A stretch of 63,915 bases of DNA, filler included, from Octopus bimaculoides (taxonomy: Eukaryota): the NCBI RefSeq assembly GCF_001194135.2. It is 6 parts of 6 records of this genome, joined end to end, with 100 filler letters (N's around TTAATTAATTAA, not from the genome) between each part and the next. Parts side by side here need not be neighbours in the genome. Positions count along the whole stretch, not along the records: positions 1 to 29,566 come from NC_068983.1; positions 29,667 to 45,382 come from NC_069000.1; 4 more parts are not named here. The stretch is one strand, 5' to 3'. The notes under the pieces are model-generated. The model was not told where the DNA came from and did no database searches. It worked only from the letters and a program-made list of their open reading frames with translations. The position numbers and the translations under genes are program-made. How positions within the stretch are numbered: position 1 is the stretch's first letter; each line of letters begins with the position of its first letter. Positions 24,480 to 40,336 of this stretch are shown one piece after another.

Positions 24480-26640
24480 AGAAGTATACAAAGTAAAAGA
24501 ACCCTCGAAACAAGAAATTTTCGTTAAATCGCAAATGATCTGTTGTATGTAAAGTGAAAACTGTTCTCTGAACAAAACAGTTCAGTACCAACCCTAATAG
24601 AAATCAATGCAGTACCAACAGAAAACTCTATGGAAGAATCCTGGGGAAGAGTTTCAGCTGCGAAGGAATCACTGCCGACCAGAATATTCAAAATAACGAA
24701 TACAGCATCTGAACAATTATGGGAAACCATGCTTACACAAGAAATTGTCCAGATGCTTCAAAAATAAATAAAGGTGTCAAGAGATGATGAGATCCCAAAT
24801 CTTCAGTGAAAATATTTAACAGGCACACATAAGGTTCCACCAGAAGGAGCAGCCCTTGTTTATATTTGCATATATTCTTTCGTAATGAAGATACATGTTT
24901 AAAGTTGGAATCTTTAAGGTTTCTAGATTTCATAGCAACATAATTATTTCTTTATTGATCACAAGGGGCTAAACATAGAGGAGACAAGCAAGGACAGACA
25001 AAGGGATTAAGTCGATTATATCGACCCCAATGCGTAACTGGTACTTATTTAATCGATCCCGAAAGGATGAAAAGCAAAGTCGACATCAGCGGAATTTGAA
25101 CTCAGAACGTAGCGGCAGACGAAATACCGCTAAGTATTTCGCCCGGCGTGGAAACGATTCTGTAAGCTCGTCGCCTTGCTCGTATTATTAGCTGCAGATT
25201 GCGAGGAAGGAGAGTTGTAGGTTGAAGAGAACCGAGAAATTCTGTTGGATAGTTTGGCAGCATCTTCAACATGAAATACGGTGCAAACTGACTTGTTCCA
25301 TCTGGATTGGACTGGTATATGCTGAAAGATAATGACATTAAAATCCCTCAGAATGTCATTTTTGAGACCTCTGACAGAAAGAAACTCATTGATGGTTTCC
25401 AAAATTCTGTGAGAGGCTTGGATAAACTTTCAATAATAATATTTCTATAGATGTGTTGATAACTGTTTCAGTTTTTTTTTTTTAAATTTTTAACATCTGT
25501 ACTGTCAATGCCAATTGATAGTTGAACATTACCCTCCTGCCTGTAGTTTGACGTAAGAACTTTGCAAAATTGGCTGCAGAGGCATCTCTGAAGTGCAATT
25601 CTCATGTCATTCCAAATATAAATTTCATTGAGATTTATTCTCAACTGGTCAGCAGGCGTGTCCATTAGGAAGATTCGCAGAATTTGCCTGCAATCTCAAA
25701 AGAGTAAAATTGTAACTCCCCAATGATGTTAGTGTTACCTCTAAGATCTTGTAAGATGCAACTGAGAACTTCAAATGCAAGACTGTGAGATACTGTATAC
25801 ACATCTCATACTTTCAGTTCGGTCTTCTTCAGAAATCCGTTCGTCTAGATCCTTTGCCAAAATTACAAACAGTTCTGTCATGGTATGCAAGACTAACGGA
25901 AAGCTTAAAATCAGTAAATCCTGCCGTCTGTGTGTAAAGTTGCAGTACTTCCTGCTGACGCCACAATAATGGCAGCCTGATTGAGTGAATGAACTTTATC
26001 AGGTTGATCAAATAAATTTTTTTCCTGTTCAAAACGAGACTCCATGAAAAACTTACTTCCGAGTTATGCAAATCTTTTTCTATCCTCATATAAATCATTA
26101 AATTTGTTTTTAACTCGAACCAGTAGTATTGATTTTGGTAGATATTCTATTTCAGTTCTTGAATACCATAGCTGCTTGACTAAATAATCTCTTGCATGAG
26201 ATTTGCAGTTGCAATTCGAACTGAGGCTGACAGATCACAAATTTCATGATCATTCCCAACCAAACAGAGCAGTTTATTTTTACCGAGAACCAGTGCTTGA
26301 TCGTATATGGCAAAGGTAAGCTGTCGATATAGGTATTTTTCTCTTCTTGTGTTTGACATAGTATATCTTCTCTCATGCTGCTCTGATAATTATATCAGAG
26401 TTGCAGAGAAGTGAGTACTGAACAAAGCACCGAACATGATAGTAAAGAATCTCTTCTTCTTGCTTCTGAAATGCGATTCTACAGCCTCTTTAACAATACT
26501 GTTTTATTCTGCATCGTCTTGCAAGAAGCATCTTCTGGTGCAAGTTTTGATCTATGCTACGCAGTCATATCATGGAACTCTTCTGAGGTCATGGAAACAA
26601 ATTCAACTATAAATACCATGCAGGAACTGACTGAGATTTC
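24480..26640 (-). pseudogene. Degenerate Helitron RepHel (PIF1-like helicase region), interrupted by a SINE
   Basis: Manual minus-strand translation gives ordered motifs: FHDLRRV, FLQDDAE, SMREDIL, VASAGSTATLHTDGR, VCNFGKGS, LQDLRGN, DCRQIL..TPADQL, MRIALQ, NYPTEFLGSL, then IMLL*NL after the SINE. Heavily frameshifted. Confidence 0.8.
24942..25177 (-). mobile_element. SINE family C, long-tail variant, inserted in the Helitron relic
   Basis: Same head and core; different 3' tail (tttgtctgtcc..tttagccccttgtgatcaataaagaaat). Confidence 0.85.
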
Positions 26641-26872
26641 AATACGTTTTTAAAATACCTCATTAAAAAAAGTCATATCTTCAAAAAGTTCGCAGTTCCA
26701 AAAGCGAAGGACGACGAAGAATAATTTATTTTTTCACTATTTCACATTGAAAATTTGCATATATTATAATCAAATTATGCTTACTAGAAGTGATTCACAA
26801 ACATCTGTAACAATATTAGATGATTATATTTTACACAAGTTATACATACATACATACATACATACATACAAA

Positions 26873-27135
26873 CACCGCCTTCAAGAATTTTTAATCGAAT
26901 GAATCCACCCCAATACTTATTTTTTAAAAAATTGGTACTTATTCTATCGGCTCTTTTTGCCGAACCACTAAATTACAGGGACGTAAACACACGAACACCG
27001 ATTGTCAAGCGGAGGTGAGAGACTGACAAAGATACACACACACGCATATATATATTCGACGGACTTCTTTCAGTTTCCGTCTACCAAGTCCACTCACAAA
27101 GCTTTGGTCGACCTGAGACCCTAGTAGAAGGTGCC
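26873..27135 (-). mobile_element. SINE family A, partial
   Basis: caccgccttcaagaatt ... cagtttccgtctaccaagtccactcac. Confidence 0.75.
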
Positions 27136-27156
27136 GCATATATGTATGTATATATA

Positions 27157-28356
<1,200 letters not shown>

Positions 28357-28490
28357 ATGTGTGTGTACATATATATGCATGTATATTTGGTAATTATTCT
28401 AATTAAATTGCCAAAAATTCTTGATAACTGTTTTGCTACGCTACTGGTAAAATTCTCGTCCGCTGATCACAACGGGGGTTCAGAAGACCA

Positions 28491-28535
28491 GGTTTCGCTG
28501 ATGAGGACTCTTAAAATCGAAACACGTCTGTAGCT
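28491..28535 (+). ncRNA. Minimal hammerhead-like motif
   Basis: GGUUUCG-CUGAUGA-G..C-GAAAC-AC-GUC-UGUAGCU. Core intact; stem I has 6 of 7 pairs but is wobble-rich; stem II is weak. Confidence 0.35.
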
Positions 28536-29531
28536 GTCACCTTGTCTATCAACAAAAATCAGATTTACCAGATTTACCCTCTAAACAGGAAAATTTAAGT
28601 TTTATGTGAAATCGATTTTTAATTAATTGAAATTATCTCCCTGTTTCCTTTGGGAGTTGCTAAGTATCAATCTTGCATTGGGATTTTATTATCAAGTGTT
28701 ATCTCGCTTTATTGTCTGCGTAGTCACAGTTTTATACCCCGTTTATTAATAGCTTCAGTAAATTGGAAAGACTAATGTGTCGTGTTGAAGCTAAAGACTG
28801 TATGATACCACTTTCTCAGTCCACAAAGATATTCAGTATAATGCCAGGGTAAATATATATATATAAAGTCAAGGTAAATATATCTGTCTATACATATACT
28901 GTTCACTTAAAATATAGATATATATTCTCTTATATAGTATATCCATGAAACAGAGAAATGTTGATGCAGCAACAAGTTACGAATAGAACTAGTAGCTTTA
29001 AGTAAGTTAAACATGCAAATGACTCTATTGCATTTACCTAAGTTCTTAACAATAGGACATTTATAAAATGTGTGTCCGTGCACAGTAACAGGGGGTACGC
29101 GTTCATTCAGCCATTAAATTCCAACAGTGAAACAATTCCGACCCGATTTTGTTTTGCTGTGCGCAAAGATACTGCATATTAAAGAGTTATATACATAACT
29201 GAACACATAAACTGTTTGCTAAAATCTGTAGATGTATGCTATAATACATTATAGCAGTGACAGAAAACAATGTTGACTCTCAGTAATTTATTAATAAAAC
29301 TAGTAACCAATAATGTGTCTTATATGCAAAATGGTCTATACAGAGTCTCCGTACATACACAAAGACACACCAAAATGGTGCAAAGTCGCGCCCATGATAT
29401 TCGCAACACAAAATTGAAACTATTCCAGGCGATCTTGCTTCATCTGTCCACGAATACACTGCATATAAAAACAAGATGTGTATGCATAGATTACTGGCAA
29501 ATATCTATATATAGTTAGAGAGAGAGAGAGG

Positions 29532-29566
<35 letters not shown>

Positions 29567-29666
29567 NNNNNNNNNNNNNNNNNNNNNNNNNNNNNNNNNN
29601 NNNNNNNNNNTTAATTAATTAANNNNNNNNNNNNNNNNNNNNNNNNNNNNNNNNNNNNNNNNNNNN
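29567..29666. other. Artificial 100-bp gap marker: 44 N + TTAATTAATTAA + 44 N (also at 45383-45482, 56959-57058, 61586-61685, 62765-62864)
   Basis: Identical geometry five times; the palindromic 12-mer has TAA stops in all six frames. Confidence 0.9.
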
Positions 29667-31480
29667 AGAGAGAGAGAGAGAGAGAGAGAGAGAGACGTTA
29701 TGGGCCTTTTGTTGTCAAACTTCTCATTTAATGTATTGATATTAACCAAGTACATCTGTAAGGATGAAAATGTTAAGGACGAAGAATGATCGTTATCACT
29801 GACTTTTCTCAGGAAAAATCAATTCTTGGATCGTATTACTCAAATATTTAATGTATCACGTGACAACACATAAATTATAAAAGTGAATTTCTTTTATCAA
29901 AGTATGGCTACTGGATTATTTAGAGCTAATTTCAGTAACTACTCTTTCTGACATTGACTTTTTGCAAGAAGGTTACATGCGTTGAGCAATTAACAGACAT
30001 TTGTAAAGGCATATTTTCTTCTTGTTTAATACATCCAAGATTGCTCTAACAGTTTTATTTATTTTACATATTGTTTCTGATTCTCATTGGATTATTCTAA
30101 GAATATTGTTTATGTTGAAATCTGTTGACATATTCTGCATTGTTAATTTTCTTTTAGGCTTACTCTGGGTACTCGCTTCTGCAGATGGCATTTTAATTTG
30201 CTTCAGAAATAACATCATGTTTCGAATAAGATGAAAACGTTCATAACAGATTTGTGCCTCTAACAATTACGTGTGGATTGTATTTGCATGGAGATACAAC
30301 AAAATCGACATATTTAGACAAAGTTAAAGGCTTTCGCAGTTTCAGTATCGCTTTCATATATATTTACGGTATCTAGAAATATCCTTAGAAGCATATAAAT
30401 TTGGCAGTATAATGTGATCAATCATTTACAGTATACAAACTACACGCAATAACAATGTTAGCAATTTTAAAGAATTTACAAAGCTCATATTTATGTATAA
30501 CAGCTCGCCATGCTTCCTTTAAGACTGAACAATAGGCAAATATTGAAAGAAATGGAATATATCTTAGTTTCAATGGTTCTTGAAAATCTGACTCAAAACA
30601 TTTTAGCTGATCTCATGTGTTAGTACATGTTAAAAATATACCACAAACGAAGTAACAAGTTACTTTAATAATGCTAACAAATATATACTTATAAACGGTT
30701 AATTATGATACAGTGTGCTGACAACAAATAATATATGTTTAGAAATAACTTAACCTTTCTGGGTCTCGCACCTTTACGAAAATTAGCCATGTTAAATTTG
30801 AAAACAATCCTTTTTGATTCAATAAAAGGCTTTGGTTGACAGGAAGCTATAGTAGAAGACACCAAATGTCACTTAGACGGAACACGAAAACATGTGGTCT
30901 GGAAGATTACACTTTACTATACAGAAACGCCTGCCGCTATATAAAATGTATTTACAGTGAAACACAAGTATACAAATACACAAAGAGCATATATGACGGC
31001 TCCCCGCATTAATACGGACGTGTTACCGAACTCTGCATTGTAGACAATTAAATATTTTCCGTTCTTCTCTTTCCTATTTCTTTAATCAGTTTATTCCTCC
31101 ATGCTACAGGGGGCTGCTTGTAAATCCATCATTTTCTGCATGCGTTTGCGAGCGTTTCTGAGTATAAAAGCAAGAAAAGATTCTTGATAATATTGGTTTA
31201 AAATTTTGGCACAAGGTCAGCAAGTACGGGGATGGGGAACTAAGTCGATCAGATTGATCTCAGTGTTCAACAAGTAATTATTTTATCGATCCCCAACGGA
31301 TAAGCTGACGTTGGGGGGAATTTGAACTGAGAATGTGAAGACGGAGGAAGGCATTTTGCCCGGCGTGCTAACGATCCAGCCAGCTTACTGCTGTTTTATG
31401 TAAATAATATTTGTATAACGAAAGTAATGATAGTATCCCACCCACACGACCCCTCCCCCATATATATANNNNNNNNNNNN

Positions 31481-31519
<39 letters not shown>

Positions 31520-32264
31520 CACACATAGTAATTAATAATAAAAGGGTAAAATTAATTAATTTAATTAATGAATTAATCAATCAATTAATTAATAATTTTA
31601 CCAAGTACCTCGGTACGTTAAAATAAACTTTATAGGTAAAATTATACAAATATTCTTTAATTATAAACATAATTATAATTAGGTGTTACAATTAGCTGAC
31701 CCCTAATCATAATTATGTTTATAAATATAGAATATTTGTATAGATAAACACATATATATACATATACATATCTACTATACATACATATATATACACACAC
31801 ATATATATATATATATATGCAAGTAATGCAGGTATCAAAGTAGGTAGGTAAACAGGTAGGCGGAGAGAGAGGGAATGAGATAGGTAGGCAGGTAGATCTG
31901 TCAATAGGTAGACATGTAAGCAAGTAGGTAGGTAGTTAGGCGGGTATGTAGAGATTTACATTCCATTAGGGTTGATGTAAGACGTTTTGCTTTACAAGAA
32001 TCTAAGTACTAGCAAATCTACCCATCTGCTAAATTTGATTATATGGAGGGTCCTGCTCGTTGCGAATATCAAATGTCATGCACCTTGGGATCACACACAC
32101 ACACACACACACCATTACATCAATTTGAAATACCCCGCTCTCCTCACACGCAGATGAAGATACAGATTTCCATTATAAAGGACGAACCATTTTNNNNNNN
32201 NNNNNNNNNNNNNNNNNNNNNNNNNNNNNNNNNNNNNNNNNNNNNNNNNNNNNNNNNNNNNNNN

Positions 32265-32304
<40 letters not shown>

Positions 32305-32827
32305 CATTTGTTCGATTGGTGCTCAACTTATCAATCCTGAAAAGGATGAAAGGCAAGGTCGACCTGTGCGGAATGTGAACTCAGATCATACAGAAGTGCT
32401 GCTAAGTATTTCATCCAGCTAGCTAGCTAACGAGCCTCTCAGCTCGCTACCTCCAGGCACAACCAAATAGTCTTTTTCTTTATATGTATTTATGGTAGCA
32501 GTAAGAGATAAAAGTAAATAAATGTGTATGTGTGTGTTTGTGTGTGTGTGTATGTATGTCCCCGAATGTAGTCGCAGGAACGCAACGAGTACACTGGAGC
32601 CTGTACACTACACGGGAGTTTATGATTTTATTTAAAAATACTATTTGCATTGATAACTGCTGTAACCTTTACCCCCTCTCTCTCACACGTTCTTGCTTTC
32701 CGTATATACACACACATCTATATACGCAAATGTATATGTGTGTGTATGCGTGTGGGTGGGGGGACTTGTGTATACTTATATATGATAAGAAAGAAAAAGA
32801 AAGGAAAAAGAAAGAGAACAACGAAGA

Positions 32828-32935
32828 GTGAGGAGGAGGAGGAGGAGAAGAAGAAGAAGAAGAAGAAGAAGAAGAAGAAGAAGAAGAAGAAGAAGAAGAA
32901 GAAGAATAACAACAACAACAACAACAACAATAGCA
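32828..32935. repeat. Compound trinucleotide microsatellite (GAG)(AAG)(AAC)
   Basis: Seen directly. Confidence 0.9.
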
Positions 32936-34631
32936 ACAAACATCAGATATCCTGGTTGCAAATAATGCCTAAACGGACACCAAATAAAATGTCTACAATT
33001 AACTTATTTAATGTCTCAGTGGTTCCACATACTATGAATAAGCAACGGGAGATTTATTTCCCGAGAAGGAGCCTTGCTCAACAACTAGTGTCGTCTGTTT
33101 CCTTTCACTTTCTATCTGACAATGGTAATAAGAATATATACTCAAACACACTGTGACTTGAATCACATTTAAATCACGTTTAAATGAATAGGTTATATGT
33201 TAACAATGCGAATGGATTTTATATTAGTATTTGCAGGCTTTCACATACGAAAAGCCGCGATTTTTACATTTAATCTCAGCCACGACCACTCGTAGATGCA
33301 ATACCAACCAGATCTACACAAACTGCTTCCAAGCCTTAATTCCATTTGTGTATATATTGTAAAATTTGGTCTATAGTATTCATGTTTGGTATAGAGATAA
33401 TTGAATGAAATAATATATGGCTTATGCAATTTATGAATACAATCTAAATGATGAAGTATTATACTTGACAATAATGACGATAGTTTATAAGGAATTTATC
33501 GCAAGAAATCATGTCTCTTTCTTGAATGTACTTTCTGAGAATGAAATCTAATCAGATCCAAACCATCCTCTCTCAAGTAATATCATGTTATATTTTATGT
33601 GCTGTAACTTCGAAATAATCTACAGATTAATTTCTTTACACATTAAACTGCTTAGATTATTAGACCGCGGCCATCCATACCTGAGCATCATCTTCAAGGG
33701 TTTAGATCGCTTGCCCATTTTATTGCACCCGCAGGCTGATATACTCGTATGTACGAAATAATGTAAATTTTTCAATTAAAAAATTTCTACAATAATTGTA
33801 TACTTATTTGCGACATGGGTCGGGATTCCACTATGACTTAAAACGATAAGTCTTGAACAGACATACTCTGGTATTTGCTATTTTGAATGGAAATTTTATG
33901 TTTACTGTAAAACACATTTTGCTAGGTTTTTAAAACCCCTTCAGACCCAACTACACTTTAGCTGAGGAAACTAAAAATATGTTGCATGTATTGAAATATT
34001 TTTTACATGAACCGGAAGCGGAAGGGTTGTAGAAGACAAAGTGTAAAAATTATTCATATCCAAGAACCCGAAGTGTTTAAATTTCTTCTCTATTCCATTT
34101 CCCCCCTCTTTCTGTCAATCGATAAGCAAAAATATTTAAGAATCTATTTAAAATCAGAAACAAATTGGTAAAGCTTCATCGAAACAAAAGCTACTATTTT
34201 GATGCATTGTGAACAGGATTATAAAAAACATTACAAGCTTCTTTTTTCTGTAAAAGCAGTGAAAAATAGCGTTTTTCGAAAGGGATGTCATATTTTTGCT
34301 ATCAGTCGGTGCCAAAAAAGACAACAGGAATGACATTCAGCTGCCATCGGCTTATCAGTATTCGCCCTTCACTATCCACTCGCTTGCGAACAGCTGTGTG
34401 AACAAGGGAGAGGGGAAATCAAGCTAAACCTTGTTGAAATAAATAATATCTTAATTTTTGCAGATTTTTATTAATTAATGTTTTTACAACACTGAACGCA
34501 TGCATTTCGACTACGAGCCAGTTTGCGTTTGTTTTTCCTAGGCACCGGTAATAAAAAAAATTCCGATGTGATAATATAAATTTAACCGGTTTATAACTTT
34601 GTTAAATCAGTTTTTCAATACCCTTATCAAC

Positions 34632-36225
34632 ATGGCAAGCGGTTATAAAAATCCTATAAAAAGAAGTGCTGGTGAACGTGCTTTGTTTGATGCAAAATGG
34701 CTTGAGCTTTATTATTTTTTTTATTGAAATAGATTAACAAGTGCATTTGTCTTATTTGCAGCGAACATGTAGCCGTTCATAAAAAAATTAATATAGAGAG
34801 GCATTTTATGAGTAAGCATAAAACCTATGGAAATTCGAAAGAATCTGAACGTTTTGACAAGATAGCCTCCTTGAAAGAAAATCTGACCAAAAGACAAGCT
34901 TTTTTAAAAGGCCAATTCTTGAATCACTTACTCGGGCTAGTTATGCGGTATACGAAAATATTACTTAAAAACTCAAATCACGTAGCGATGGTGAATTCGC
35001 GAAAGAATGTATCAGTCTGTTGAGAATATATGATCAGAAAAAAACTTAATTTGTTTGGAAATATTAGCTTATCAACAAGAACTGTTTTTGGCCGTATTAA
35101 AGATATTACTGATGACATTCAAAATTCTCTAAAATCTGATTCAGCAGAATTCGTATTGTTTTCATTAGATGTTAATGAGACAACTGCTCTGTCTCATACT
35201 GATCAGCGGGCAATATTCATACGTGGAATAACTGCAAAATTCAACATTCGGGAAGGACTTCTTACGTTGAAATCAGTTCATTGAACAAATAGAAGTGAAG
35301 ATTTATTTCAAATGGTTAACTCAGCCTTAAAAGAATTTGAATTACAATATGAAGAAATGTGTGTTCTTGCTACGGATGGCGCTCCAACTATGGTGAGTCG
35401 TAAAAAAGGGCTCCTAGTTCTGATTAAGAATGAATTTAAGAACCGTCTTTTTTTGGATCCGGTAACTTTAATTGTATATTACTGCTATATGCATACGGAA
35501 AGTTTATGTGTAAAATCTCTCAAGATGGGCAATATAATGAANNNNNNNNNNNTCTATTGAACTGAAAGATAAAAAGTTTCAAAGTGATTTCGAGTTTTTA
35601 GTAGATATTTAAATAATTTGAACTTGAAACTATTAGGTTTCAATCGGCTAATAATTACTTTGCTTTCCCTTATCAAAAGTTTTGAATCGATGCTTCATTT
35701 ATTTGTGACACAACTGAAAAGAAAGTTCTTCACACATTTTCTGAAATTCAGCGAACAAAATCCCGAATCAACGAAGGAATATTCTGACGAGTGTGAAAGT
35801 CCTTTGAAGAAATTTGAAAGTAGATTTGAAGAAATACAAGATTAAATCGAACTACGTAATTTTGAAACACCTTTTGATGTGTGTCCTGAGGAGGTTCCCG
35901 GTTCCTTACAATTAGAATTAATTGATTTGCAGTCGGATAACTTAATAAAATCGAAATATAGTAATCTGTACTTATTGGACTTCTACAAACATATCAATCC
36001 TGAGAAATCCCTGCTTTACATTAAAAATGCCTTGAAACTCGTATCACAATTTTCGACAGCTTCTGAATGTGAGCATTTTGTTTTTTTTACCTAATCGAAT
36101 TATGCAAACAATCATCTTTGTACCGGACTTACTAACGAAAACCTGAGATAAAAGATAGCAATTTCTTCAATGATGTAATATTCCTAAACTTGTATAAAAA
36201 CAAATTAATATTAGTTTCATCCTTC
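34632..36225 (+). pseudogene. Degenerate hAT transposase (GTF2IRD2/Charlie/SPIN-like)
   Basis: Fragmented frames: CICLICSEHVAVHKK..IERHF (BED-like finger), ISLSTRTV..RI, FSLDVNETT, LATDGAPTMV, HTESLC, LQLELIDLQSD. Many stops and frameshifts, one N-gap; TIRs not identified. Confidence 0.85.
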
Positions 36226-36805
36226 TCACTAAACAAAGCCAAATCTTAAAGTTAAGGTTAATTAGATTTGATAATATTATCTCTAGGATAAATTTGTTTA
36301 AACATGTCATTTATGCATAATACTATTTAGATATTAATGCAATTTTTCAAAATTAAATTCGGTCTGGGTTTGAGTGTTTTGATTTCTATAACTTTAAGAT
36401 AGATATACATTTTGAAAAAATATAGAATATCTCACAAGGAATATGAACGCCCTAAATTCAGTGGCGGCGTTAATGAAGATGTCTCTTAATGCGTTAAACT
36501 TATCTTTATTAATGTATATTGAATTATACATAGATATATACACAGATACAAGAGTCAGAACTTTGATCAAACCCGCGGACCTTTTTTCTTTCGAAATGTT
36601 TGCCCGCCGTACTAAAAAGTTCCTCCACACCAGCTTTAGACCAACAAATCTGTCTTACTATTTATTTTAAAGCCATTTAATTTGAGAACTTATTATATCA
36701 GTTTCTTTTGCTGGGCTGCTAAGTTATGGAGACGTGAACAAAACAGCACTGGTTGCTCTCAAAGTGTTGGGGCGAAACGCTGACACAAATACACAGATAC
36801 TCACA

Positions 36806-36849
<44 letters not shown>

Positions 36850-38597
36850 GCTGGACCTGGACATTCAATGCAACATAGCTCTTAGAAAACCTACCTGAAG
36901 TGGAATCCTTTAATGACAATAGAAATAATTTAGAAACATTCAGAGGTAGAATTTGGTTTGAAAGATTCAAACAACGTCTTAAACTCAAAAACACCCCGCT
37001 GTCTTGTGACACTGCAAGGTCAGACACTTGGGAACATCCAAAATCTTCGATTGCTTAACAAAATCATCGAACAAAGCAACTACCTTTAGTAGTTTGTTCT
37101 CACTGTTTTAATATTATTTTGTTTTTCGTATTTGAACAGGCTTTGCTTAGAAAAGAAAACCAACTCACCGTTTCATCTTCCTCGTAATGTATCAAGCTTA
37201 AAGGCCGGAAAATACTGTTTTATATTTTCACTTGTCAGTAAAAGTATAAACGATGTAGCTAACGCTTGCTTATCATTTAGAATATCACGACAACCTCTGC
37301 AGGCATTTTTTATAAATGTATATACTTGTCATTTGCAGATGAACAGCAAAGCCAATATCAAGTGAACTTTTCACACTGCGCTTTATGTCAGTAAATAAAT
37401 ATTGCAAAGAAAAAAAATCATAGCCTTGGATCTAGAATATAATCGATGATTGATAGTGTTCCAGGCCACACGTAATATCATGAAACACTTCCTCGGACAC
37501 CTCTTCCTTTTTCCAAGCCATGGGTCAGTGTGTAATTTATAATATCAGGGACGACCTCCTTTCTTCCAGCATGTCGAAGAAAATGAAAGCTACAACAATC
37601 AATTTATCAGGGACTTTTCGAAAAAATAGCTTATGAGAAAATGTTATAGATAGTATTAAAACACCTTAGGATGAAATTATTGACAACAAATGCTGTTTTG
37701 AAGAAATGACCAGAAACATGATTTCTTTTTTTCGTTTTTAATTCAAAGAACATGGAAAAGTTGTAGCAGTTATTATTGATGCTTTTGAGTCGACCGGTGT
37801 TGAGTGAGTGCAATATGTTAAGTATGAAAATTTGAAAGAGATAAGAGAATCCCAATCTAATTGCAAAAGTCAATATATTAATGAGTAGCAGCGGAGCAAC
37901 GCATCGAAAATGAAACTGCGGTACTTGCCACAGAGCTAGAACTACCATACTGATTAGGTGCGCTGCAGGAAATCAAAGAGCGTTTTGAACACGTTAACCT
38001 GAAACTGTGAAGCTTTTGTGAAAGTTAAAAGAGAAACGAAATAAGACGACAATTCTCCAAAAAGCACCTGCGTCGTCATTCGAGTTTTATTTTCCTCTGT
38101 CACATCTCTGACTCGGACGTTTCAATATAATTAGAATGATTAATCTTGTGCACTTGTGATGAAAATGTATTAATTCAACCCGTTTCCGAATTTTAGAATG
38201 ACATTAGAGCTTAATTAAAATTTGTTCTTAATTTCATCATAACTATAGTTTCCATTGTAACATCACATGAAATGAAATTATTAAGAATTATTAAGTGCTT
38301 CAAATGTGTAAGAACGAATCTATGGATCCACAGTGGTTTGCTGAATGTCTATCACTTACATGTGCTTGTAATGCTATTTTACACTGTTTTACAATTAGGC
38401 CAAACTTCAAATTTCGTTTGACGTTGAATAATTAGGCAAATGTCTACACCTGTAACAAAGGTATCGTAAAACATCCATGCACCCGTTCATCCATCCATCC
38501 ATCCGTTCATCCATCCATTCATCCATCCATCCGTCCATCCATCCATTCATCCAACCATCCATCCATACATACATACATACACTCAGATTTGAAGGTC

Positions 38598-38642
<45 letters not shown>

Positions 38643-39129
38643 ACATACATATGTATGTATAAGCACCCGTGATCCCTTCAACGAAGTGTAATCACATCAT
38701 AATTCCTCGCATCTCACTTTCTCAGCGTTTCATCTTCTCATTTCCATTCTTAAACCATAAATGTAAGCAACATATTTTAATAGCAATCAGCATCCCTTTG
38801 TTCGTGCTGGTTTACTGCTTATTTTTTTGTGCATAATGATTATGAAAAGAAACCATCAATTGGAAATGGAAGTAATCGTGTGGAAACGTAATGTAGTAGT
38901 AATTCATATTATATAAAGCGTCAAGGCTTGATGTGAAAGAACAACCATCCGTATTGACAAAAAATTAAAACTTGCAAAGCCTATAACGGGAAAATACGTG
39001 TCAATGGAGAGAAGATGAAGTCCAGTACTCAAACAGTTACTTCTCAGTAACTGCTTAGTAACTCCTTTTAGACAAACCACCAAGTCAGCCAATGAACATG
39101 AATGAGTTTCTGTCGTGGAAAAAGAATAT

Positions 39130-39360
39130 ATCCCAAACAGTACAGCTTCGTTTTGCCTGCAACTGGATGGATGTGTGGTAGCTAACATCAGTTCATATTA
39201 TGTGAAGAACTTTTAAACAACTTATGAAAGCAACCGATGAGGAGAATAAACCAGGAGTCAAAGACGTTTGGAAGAAGTTCAACATAATGGATGCTGTGGG
39301 TCACATAGGTTAGTCATGGTATGAAGTGAAAACCTCACCTTGGAGAATTACATGGCCAGA
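39130..39360 (+). pseudogene. Degenerate pogo/Tigger DDE transposase fragment
   Basis: YIPNSTASFCLQLDGCVVANISSYY followed by KDVWKKFNIMDAVGHIG*SWYEVK, resembling Tigger LPPNTTS..QPMDQGVI..FK.YY and FWK.FTILDAI..I..SW.EVK. Confidence 0.6.
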
Positions 39361-40235
39361 CTCTACCTTTCACTCTACACGATTGCCACAAGCAGTAAAT
39401 CTGCATCATATTCACAAAGATGTTGTGACACTCCAGATGTTGCAGAAGGATGATATATGGGGATGATATATTTCAGAATCTGAGTTTCCTGATGGCCAAA
39501 GGTTGTCTAACCTTTGTGTATAAGGCTGATGTTGTTAGAAGAAGGGCATGCTGAAATATTAATAACAACACAGAAATTCTACGAACTCCACTTCAATTGA
39601 TTCCGAAAAATATTGCTAACTGTTTGGCACATAAAGAAGACCTGCATGTTTTACTGATAACAACATTAGGCTTAAATGTGTCATGAACATTGCAAGAGTT
39701 GTTAACGACCGTTGCAGAGCGAGTCTGGACTCAGCTGTATAAATTTATGATACGACATAAGCATCGACAGAGTTTCGATAAATTCTTCGCTTCTCAAACG
39801 ATGATGATGAATTACAAGATAAAGTACAGTGTCACTTATTCTCACGGTTACACACATTCCATCGCTACTCTACACGAGGTAGTCAATATTTTTTGATAAG
39901 AATGTTCTCTCTACTGATATTATATAAACTAATTATTCCCTAACGTATTTCACTTCATATATTTTCAGTTATGTTTAGTCTTTTGTATGTTTAGAAATTG
40001 ATATTTTAATATACAAAAGTGATGGTGGTGCTTTAAGTTATTTTGTTAAAAATAGTTTTTAAAAAAAGAAGCAAAACAGCCTTGATAGGCATGTTTGCTG
40101 TCTGGGAGAAAATGAACATCTGAACAGACGTTACGGAATTACAAGACGGGACTGTAATCAACTTATAACAATCTTTCAAGAACGCACTTCATCTGTAACG
40201 TGGGGGATTTCTGCGTATATACATACATGTATACA

Positions 40236-40336
<101 letters not shown>

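Noticed and set aside
32650-33156. 168-aa ORF with poly-E/K/N
   Set aside because: Microsatellite translation.
35783-35800. CTGACGA-GTGT-GAAAG hammerhead-like core (also CTGATGA-CT-GAAAC in a SINE tail near 12100)
   Set aside because: Lies within hAT coding sequence or a SINE tail, with no stems; a chance match.
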